A DNA stretch of 64,000 nucleotides from an uncultured Planctomycetia bacterium (GTDB taxonomy: Bacteria; Omnitrophota; Gorgyraeia; 2-01-FULL-45-10): positions 78,257 to 142,256 of the forward strand of contig CAYSSS010000001.1 in assembly GCA_964433975.1 (NCBI GenBank), given 5' to 3'. Position 1 is the first letter of the stretch, and every line of letters starts with the position of its first letter. Both the position numbers and the translations under genes were made by a program. The notes below the pieces were generated by a model, which saw only the letters and a program-made list of their open reading frames with translations, was not told the origin of the DNA and searched no databases. Positions 57,313-64,000 of the stretch are shown here, one piece after another.

Positions 57313-58923
57313 ATGGACGAACTCGTCAATATACAGGTTGGCCTATTAGGCAGGTCGTTTGAGATCTCTTCTATGCTCAAACAAGAGGGCGTTCCGTATT
57401 TTGAGCACGACCCCAGGGTGTCCGGTAGCCTGGATGGCATCGGGTCTATGCTTATCATAGACAAGGTGACCGGCCGCGATACTGAGTTATTGAAAGTCTA
57501 TCTGCGCAAAAAGGGCGCGATCATATGCGATGTTCTGAACAAGGAGTTAATATCCGCTCTTTGCGCTAAAAGGCTGGATCGCGGCGATAACGCACATGAT
57601 GAGTGCATCGAGCTTTACGAATCAGGGGGCGGCCATGTTATATATGTAAGCAAATATCTGCGTAGGTCGGCCGGGGACAGGAACGCTGTCGTTAAAGAGT
57701 TTTACACATCAGCCGGGATAGTAAGGGAAAGAGTGGCGTTGTTTCCCGGGTATAGAGACAGGGATATTCTGTCGCGCGCTCTGATGATGTCGTTTCACGT
57801 GCGTGGCCTGCCATTCGTCAGGCTATGGTATTATCCCAAAAGCTGCAAGTCCGTCTTTAATTTTCGGTTTGATCTGGACGAAGATACCGGCAATGACCTG
57901 GAACATATAGCGGAGGCCTCGAAAGAATTCAAAGATTGCACGACGTGGTTTGTCTCATGCGCGTCTTTCGAAAAGAATGCTCACAAAATAAAGAGGCTGA
58001 TCGATGACGGGTTTGATGTGCAATCGCATGGCTACTACCATCACACTTACGGTGACAGAAGTCAGAATGAATTAAATATAAGAAAATCGATAGATTATAT
58101 TGCCGGCCTTAGCGGGTTGGTCGAGGGCTTTGCCGCGCCCATGGGAAGATGGAACGAAGGCCTTCAGCTTGTACTGGAAAGGCTTGGGCTTCTATATAGT
58201 TCCGAGTTCTCGCTCGATTACGATGATTTGCCGTTTTATCCTGTATTGCATGGCAGGCCTTCAAGTGTATTGCAGATACCCATCCACCCTATATGCTGGG
58301 GCATTTATAAGGATGCCGGAATAGGGGATGACAATGCCATAAAAGAATACATGCAGAAAGTCATAATTAACAAACATTATGCCCGGTTGCCAGTGCTTAT
58401 TTACGGGCATCCGAGCGAAAGTATAGGCAAGAACCCTGCTTTGTTAAAGGCGATATATAAAACAGCCGGTTCTCTGTCAGATGTAAGTCGGGTGAGGTTG
58501 TCCGATCTGGCGAAATGGTGGCGCAACAGAGATAAGGTAAGATTTAAGGACGTTGTATTCAATGCCTCTAAAAAGACAATCAGCTATGCTATCAAAGGGG
58601 GCACCCATATTTCAGATCTTTGTCTCAATATACAGATAAAACCGGATAAAGTATCCTATCATAGTATTGCCGGGCCTTGCGGTGAAATATGTCTGGACGG
58701 GCTTAAATATGAAGAGATACGCAATCTCAAGGCGGATCCGGACCTGTATAGAGAGGCTGTCTGTAAGAAAAGTCGGCTGAAGAGGCTGAAAGAAGGCGTC
58801 GTTGCCATGCTCGACTGGGAAGAGTGCACACCATTAGGCGAAATAAAAAGAAATTCAATAGCGTCTAATCTAAAGTATGTGCTTAGAAGATGCGGTTTTG
58901 ATAAAGTAAAATTAAACGTCTAG
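57313..58923 (+). CDS. Polysaccharide deacetylase (NodB-like) domain protein
   Basis: FRFDLDE, TWFV, QSHGYYHH, GFAAP.G.W, YSS, YGHP. Confidence 0.75.
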   Translation: MDELVNIQVGLLGRSFEISSMLKQEGVPYFEHDPRVSGSLDGIGSMLIIDKVTGRDTELLKVYLRKKGAIICDVLNKELISALCAKRLDRGDNAHDECIELYESGGGHVIYVSKYLRRSAGDRNAVVKEFYTSAGIVRERVALFPGYRDRDILSRALMMSFHVRGLPFVRLWYYPKSCKSVFNFRFDLDEDTGNDLEHIAEASKEFKDCTTWFVSCASFEKNAHKIKRLIDDGFDVQSHGYYHHTYGDRSQNELNIRKSIDYIAGLSGLVEGFAAPMGRWNEGLQLVLERLGLLYSSEFSLDYDDLPFYPVLHGRPSSVLQIPIHPICWGIYKDAGIGDDNAIKEYMQKVIINKHYARLPVLIYGHPSESIGKNPALLKAIYKTAGSLSDVSRVRLSDLAKWWRNRDKVRFKDVVFNASKKTISYAIKGGTHISDLCLNIQIKPDKVSYHSIAGPCGEICLDGLKYEEIRNLKADPDLYREAVCKKSRLKRLKEGVVAMLDWEECTPLGEIKRNSIASNLKYVLRRCGFDKVKLNV

Positions 58924-58940
58924 AGCGCGGGAGCCGGAAG

Positions 58941-60839
58941 ATGAAAGAGATTGCCGATAAATTTATCGCGTTGGCCGCGAACAAAAAAAAGAACGAAGAA
59001 GCGAGGTCGTTTTTTTTGAAAGAGATAGAAGGCGAATATAATCCGCTTCTATGGAAATGTTATATATCCCATATGACAGAAAAAAGGGATAGATTTAAAA
59101 AGAAGGAGCGAATAGCTCTTCTCGGCTCATCCAACATAACGCCCGTAAAGAACATGTTGCGGTCGGTTTTTGACGCGAATAAGATCTCGACAGATTACTT
59201 CGTAGGGGAATATGGCAATTATCTTCAGGAGCTGATGCTGGATGGGTCGAAGCTCTATTCGTTTAATCCCACGATGACGATCATCCTGCTTAGCCTTCCA
59301 GATATCATGCCGTCAGTTTATGAATATCCCTTTTCGCATAACAAGAAGAGCGTTGACGATCTGCTGGCGAAGCTGTCCCGGGACTTGAGGACGGCTCTGG
59401 GCAAATATTCTTCCGCTCTTGCGAAGAACACCACTTATGTGGCCATTGTCCCATCTTATGAGGAGCCGTGCAACTACGTCTACTCTCCCGGGAGTTCGTT
59501 CAAAAGCGATAACTACTTAATGAAACTGCAGGATGCCGTTGAAAGTCTGGAGAAAGAAAAGAATAACATTGTGATGATGAATGGCAGAAGATGCGTCAGC
59601 AAGCATCCGGCCCGCAGGATCGAGGACAAGCGATACTGGTACCTTGGGAGGATCCGCTATACGGACCTATTCTTCTCTGAGGTCGCCAAAGAACTCATGG
59701 GGCTCTACAGGATCATCAATACGCCCTCAAAAAAATGTTTAATACTGGACCTCGATAATACACTGTGGGGGGGAGTGATAGGACAAGACGGCTTTGAGAA
59801 TATAGAGCTTGGCCAGGATGGCATCGGCAGGGCATATCAGGACTTTCAAAGAGAGGCCTTAAAATTGCACAAAAAAGGGATTATACTCGCGATCTGCAGT
59901 AAAAATAACGAATCGGACGCTATGGAATTCTTTAAAACGCACACGGAGATGATACTGAAGCCGGAGCATTTCGCGGCAAAGCGGATAAACTGGAGTGACA
60001 AGGCCTCCAACATAAAAGATATCGCCAGGGAGATCAATATCGGGCTGGACTCCGTGGTCTTTTTTGACGATGATCCGGCGGAGAGAAAGTGGGTGAGGGA
60101 TAGCCTGCCGCAGGTCACCGTTCCGGAGCCACCGCAGGATCAATTTTTATACGCTGAATTTCTAAAAAACTCCGAATGGTTTAAGTCCTATAAGCTTAGC
60201 GAGGAGGACCTTTCCAGAAATATTACTTATGAAGCTATTGCCAGAACGAAAGGCCTGAAAAGTTCCTCGAGTAACGAAGGCGCCTTCTTAAAGAGCCTCG
60301 CTCAATCCTTGACAATTGAACGTGTTGATGCGTCAACGGTTTCGAGAGCCGTTCAGCTTTGCCAAAAGACGAACCAATTTAACCTGACCACCAGGAGATA
60401 TCAGTTGGCGGATATTAAGGATGTTATGTCTTACAAACTTAATCATGTCTATACGATAAGGGCCAAAGACTGTTTTTGTGACTACGGTATCGTCGGCGTC
60501 TTGATCCTGAAGGGGCAGGCCTCAGACAGGTCTCTAACGATAGACACGTTTCTATTGAGCTGCAGGATCATAGGGAGAAAGATAGAGAACGTTCTATTGG
60601 ACTGGGTTAAGAGCAAGGCCAAGGCCGAAGGATACGCCAGGTTATACGGCGTATATTCAAAAACAGAAAAAAATGCCGTTTGCGCAAATATCTATAAGGA
60701 CAGCGGCTTCACTGTCGTCTACAGGCGCGGTAGAGATATTAAATACGAATGCTCCCTTGATAAAAGATTGGGGCTTTATCCGTTTGGGAAATTCGTCAAA
60801 GTAGAACTGAAGAAGAGTAGAGATGGAAAAAAAACTTAA
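58941..60839 (+). CDS. FkbH-like HAD-IIIC glyceryl-ACP synthase
   Basis: KKCLILDLDNTLWGG..G.DG, CSKN, INW.DK, FFDD.P.ER, KTNQFNLTT, FLLSCR..GR..E. Confidence 0.92.
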   Translation: MKEIADKFIALAANKKKNEEARSFFLKEIEGEYNPLLWKCYISHMTEKRDRFKKKERIALLGSSNITPVKNMLRSVFDANKISTDYFVGEYGNYLQELMLDGSKLYSFNPTMTIILLSLPDIMPSVYEYPFSHNKKSVDDLLAKLSRDLRTALGKYSSALAKNTTYVAIVPSYEEPCNYVYSPGSSFKSDNYLMKLQDAVESLEKEKNNIVMMNGRRCVSKHPARRIEDKRYWYLGRIRYTDLFFSEVAKELMGLYRIINTPSKKCLILDLDNTLWGGVIGQDGFENIELGQDGIGRAYQDFQREALKLHKKGIILAICSKNNESDAMEFFKTHTEMILKPEHFAAKRINWSDKASNIKDIAREINIGLDSVVFFDDDPAERKWVRDSLPQVTVPEPPQDQFLYAEFLKNSEWFKSYKLSEEDLSRNITYEAIARTKGLKSSSSNEGAFLKSLAQSLTIERVDASTVSRAVQLCQKTNQFNLTTRRYQLADIKDVMSYKLNHVYTIRAKDCFCDYGIVGVLILKGQASDRSLTIDTFLLSCRIIGRKIENVLLDWVKSKAKAEGYARLYGVYSKTEKNAVCANIYKDSGFTVVYRRGRDIKYECSLDKRLGLYPFGKFVKVELKKSRDGKKT

Positions 60840-61062
60840 ATTTCTGATAGCGAACTGCTGCCAGATAGAGCCATCGGATGTGGGAGACGATGCCGGTGTA
60901 AATGCCACACCTAACTGGGATTCTTTCGGGCACCTTCAGATAATGGTATGTGTCGAGCAGGAGTTTGGCGTCGTATTGGATACAAAGACCATAGCGCAGC
61001 TGACATCGTATAAAGATATTATCAGATACTTGAAAGCGACCAGGAAGAAGAATGGAAAGTAG
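60823..61062 (+). CDS. Acyl carrier protein
   Basis: 79 aa; WDSFGH (phosphopantetheine Ser), VEQEFGV; overlaps fkbH. Confidence 0.88.
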   Translation: MEKKLKFLIANCCQIEPSDVGDDAGVNATPNWDSFGHLQIMVCVEQEFGVVLDTKTIAQLTSYKDIIRYLKATRKKNGK

Positions 61063-62176
61063 TGTAAGGATTCGTGGTTATGAGGCGCAGGACAAAGGCG
61101 CGGTATTCTCCCTTCTGTCCTCGTTTTACGCCAACATGGATAGCGAGGCAAGCTGGGAGCGCCTTTATATGGACAATCCATCCGGCAGGGCAATAATATC
61201 CGTAGTTCAAGAGCCGCTTAAAAAAAATATAATCGGCCACTATTCCGTGATAAAAATGCCAATGACCGTATTTGGCAAAGAACGCATGGGGGGTAAAGGG
61301 GAAGGAGAGATAGTCGACTTTTCCGTAGTTAAGCAGCTGCTGCGCGACAGAAGCATACCGAATCGCTCTTTTTCCGCGGAGTTATTGAGTCACACCGTTA
61401 TGGAGTCGCTCAATGAAGGACTGAAGCTTATATGTACAAATCCCAGCAACTTGGCCCTTAAATCACATCTGGAGGCGGGATTTAAGGCCATCAAGCAAAG
61501 ATTCGACATATTCATATTCGTATTAAGCGCGAAATATTTTGCGCATCTACTGTCAGAAAAGTCCCGGTTAAAAGTTCTTAGCGCCGCAGCAGGTTTTGCT
61601 TTATGCGCAATATATAAATTATTCCACGCGATCACTATCCTGTATTACAGAGACAGTTCTATATCTCTTGAGCCATTCGAATCATTTGGCGATGTGACGG
61701 ATGAGCTGTACGAAAAGTTTTCCAGGAGCTATACGTTCATAGCTATAGAAAGAAAGCGCGCCCATCTGAACTGGAGGTTTGGCGCGAATGAGTACAGCAA
61801 ATTCATAATAAAGATCGGTGAAGAAGCGGTCGGCTACATGGTCCTGCATATATTTGTAAATCCTAACGGCTTTAAAGAAGCTAATATCGTGGACTATATC
61901 CTGCTGCCGCGATCCTGGGGCAAGTTCGCGGCGATCGTCGTGGAGGCGCTGAGAATCGCGAGGAAAAACAGCTGCGATTTTATAAGATTAAATTATATGT
62001 ACGACATGAAAGAAAAGTTTATGCTTTCAAAGCTTATAAAGAAGCTTCGTTTTATCGGCCGGGAAGATAAGAGAAATATCGTCGTATTCTTATCACCGGA
62101 GCTTAAGCAATTGGAAGCGAAGATTCTGGATGTGGATAATTGGTATTTTACGGACCTGTATTTTGAGAACTACTGA
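61052..62176 (+). CDS. GNAT-fold putative acyltransferase
   Basis: W..LY.DNP.G, IIGHY, NP...A, R....LNWRF pattern of tandem GNAT proteins; coupled to the ACP gene. Confidence 0.6.
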   Translation: MESSVRIRGYEAQDKGAVFSLLSSFYANMDSEASWERLYMDNPSGRAIISVVQEPLKKNIIGHYSVIKMPMTVFGKERMGGKGEGEIVDFSVVKQLLRDRSIPNRSFSAELLSHTVMESLNEGLKLICTNPSNLALKSHLEAGFKAIKQRFDIFIFVLSAKYFAHLLSEKSRLKVLSAAAGFALCAIYKLFHAITILYYRDSSISLEPFESFGDVTDELYEKFSRSYTFIAIERKRAHLNWRFGANEYSKFIIKIGEEAVGYMVLHIFVNPNGFKEANIVDYILLPRSWGKFAAIVVEALRIARKNSCDFIRLNYMYDMKEKFMLSKLIKKLRFIGREDKRNIVVFLSPELKQLEAKILDVDNWYFTDLYFENY

Positions 62177-62178
62177 AA

Positions 62179-63141
62179 ATGGATAAGAAAAAAGTAAATA
62201 TAATAGTATTGAATTATAACGGGAGGCAGCTTCTCGAAAAATATATACCGTCGATCATCGAGGCAGGGAGACACTCCGATCATCTTTGCAGGGTTTCGGT
62301 GGTAGATAATAAAAGCACGGACGGCAGCGCAGAGTTTCTAAAAGCAAATTATAATGGCCTCGATGTTTATGAGGCCAAAGAAAACAGGGTGCTGTGTTCG
62401 CAGAACGACTATCTCTCTTCCATCGATGACGATATTGTTATATTTCTTAATAATGACATCAGGGTTGACCGCAATTTTGTAGATCCTTTAATTGGCCATT
62501 TTCATGACGAGAACCTGCTATTCGTAGCTCCAAAAGAACTGAGCCCGGAAGGTAAATATCAGGGAAATCTTAATAAGCTGTCATTCAGGCTCGGGCTTAT
62601 TTCTACCTCGGTCATGAGAGAAGGACGGGATAGCGTACAATATGACAGCTCGATAGGGGGCGGCGCGTTTGACAGAAAAAAGCTCGTGTATTTAGGCGGT
62701 TTTGACGATCTGTACCTACCCGGAATATTTGAGGACCTGGATGTGTGCTATCGAGGCTGGAAGCATGACTGGAAAGGGATATACGAGCCGGCAAGTTTTT
62801 ATTACCACGAGCAGGGGACAAGCTTCAGGGCAAAATACGGCGACGAGGGAAAGGCGATACTTGCCCACAGAAACGCATTCTTGTTTTTCTGGAAAAATGT
62901 GACGTCCAAGAGGATGCTTTTTATCCACATAATGTTTATACCTGTTTTATTGGCATGGAATCTTTTGAGGGGCAGAACGCTTTTTATAAAGGGTTTTTTT
63001 CAGGCGCTTGACAAATTAGGAATAGCTATAAATAAAAGGGCTTCGGTAAAAAAACAATTTCGCATCACGGATGAAGAGGTGTTACGAAGGCCGCGGATGC
63101 CGTATCAGATCATTACTGATCCGCCGCATACGAGCATCTGA
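62179..63141 (+). CDS. GT2 glycosyltransferase
   Basis: LNYNG, VVDN.STDGS, FLNND, LGGFD..Y.P...EDLD..YR.W, H..G.S. Confidence 0.9.
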   Translation: MDKKKVNIIVLNYNGRQLLEKYIPSIIEAGRHSDHLCRVSVVDNKSTDGSAEFLKANYNGLDVYEAKENRVLCSQNDYLSSIDDDIVIFLNNDIRVDRNFVDPLIGHFHDENLLFVAPKELSPEGKYQGNLNKLSFRLGLISTSVMREGRDSVQYDSSIGGGAFDRKKLVYLGGFDDLYLPGIFEDLDVCYRGWKHDWKGIYEPASFYYHEQGTSFRAKYGDEGKAILAHRNAFLFFWKNVTSKRMLFIHIMFIPVLLAWNLLRGRTLFIKGFFQALDKLGIAINKRASVKKQFRITDEEVLRRPRMPYQIITDPPHTSI

Positions 63142-64000
63142 TTGCCTATGACATAATCTGTGTAGTGCGACGCCATTACAAGTACTGTCTTGGCGATGTC
63201 TATGGGCTCGGCGTTCCTTTTTTGTGGAACTTCGGTTGCCAGTTTGCTCTTTAGCCAGGCAGGTATGTGCGCGCCCAGATCGGTCTCTGTTAAACCCGGC
63301 GATACAACATTGAAAAATATGTTCTTGGAGGCATACTCCACAGCAAGCGCTCTGGTAAATCCTAACAACGCGGTCTTGGCTGTGACGTATTTGGTAAATC
63401 CGGGAGGCGGCGTGCTGTTCGAATAGACGGTTGTAATATTTATTATCTTCCCATATCCGTTCTTTAACATTATTGGTAGTACGGCTTTTGTGGTATTAAA
63501 GGCGCCCTTTAAGGCGACATCGATGTCTTTTTGCATGTCATCCCACTCTATTTTTTCGAACGGGACAGGCAATGCGTCGCTCATGGCGTTATTGACTATG
63601 ATGTCTATCTTTCCGAATTTTTGGACGACTTTTTTTATCATTGCGTTGACATCGGATATTCTTCCGACATCGGCTTTTATTGCAATGGCTCTTTTCCGGC
63701 AGCTCTTTATATCAGCGACCACATTTACAGCGTCTTTTTCGCCGTGGTTATAGTTGACTATAACGGTGGCTCCGTGGGACGCGAAGAGTTTTGCAGTTGC
63801 GGCGCCTATGCCGCGGCTTGCGCCGGTAACAAGTACTATTTTGCCGCTAAAGTCGATACCGTGAGTCATTTTTTTTATATCGCTCATGTCTATCCCTTTC
63901 TTTGGAGGAGGGTTTACCATGACAGTGATAGTTCCGTCAGTCACGGTTTCGCCTCTTTGGTTTGTTATAGAAATATTCAGCACGATCTTGCCTAAAAGTG
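63105..64000 (-). CDS. SDR (FabG-like) reductase with a fused N-terminal MaoC-like dehydratase; 5' partial
   Basis: TGASRGIG, NNA, YVTAK, VSPG. The frame stays open to the window edge (..LLGKIVLNISITNQRGETVTDGTITV), which resembles a hot-dog fold C-terminus. Confidence 0.82.
   Translation of the reverse strand, partial: LLGKIVLNISITNQRGETVTDGTITVMVNPPPKKGIDMSDIKKMTHGIDFSGKIVLVTGASRGIGAATAKLFASHGATVIVNYNHGEKDAVNVVADIKSCRKRAIAIKADVGRISDVNAMIKKVVQKFGKIDIIVNNAMSDALPVPFEKIEWDDMQKDIDVALKGAFNTTKAVLPIMLKNGYGKIINITTVYSNSTPPPGFTKYVTAKTALLGFTRALAVEYASKNIFFNVVSPGLTETDLGAHIPAWLKSKLATEVPQKRNAEPIDIAKTVLVMASHYTDYVIGNQMLVCGGSVMI

Noticed and set aside
126-63995. Numerous short antisense or alternative-frame ORFs in the track
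   Set aside because: They overlap well-supported genes and show no recognisable motifs; treated as shadow ORFs.
1-64000. Taxonomic assignment
   Set aside because: No marker gene is in the window; any lineage call would be a guess.

Overview
Almost the whole window is one very large bacterial cell-surface glycan (O-antigen/EPS/glycosylation) locus. About 50 genes lie on the + strand, mostly translationally coupled. It starts in a partial sugar-phosphate transferase and ends against a convergent, partial MaoC-SDR gene. Modules: (i) initiation and ligase genes plus a papain-like peptidase and a frameshifted carbamoyltransferase; (ii) a GDP-perosamine set (gmd, per) inside an array of polyprenol-P-sugar synthases, GT-C membrane transferases and B12 radical SAM enzymes; (iii) a legionaminic-acid-type pathway headed by a small Xis/BldC-like HTH gene with phased 10-bp repeats at its promoter; (iv) a second putative CMP-ulosonic acid pathway (HpcH aldolase + KdsB); (v) a GT / RtcB / TMK-like kinase / flippase-like / GT-C cassette; (vi) an FkbH-ACP-GNAT acylation module. 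The most striking observations are an RNA-ligase (RtcB) homologue with altered active-site motifs embedded among glycan genes next to a kinase, and three (C/T)GTC-tagged palindromic elements inside coding DNA. Two of these are in frame in the same loop of two GT-C proteins, and one supplies a stop/start junction. I saw no rRNA, tRNA, CRISPR array, transposase or integrase. All family calls are from motif recognition by eye; no database searches were run.
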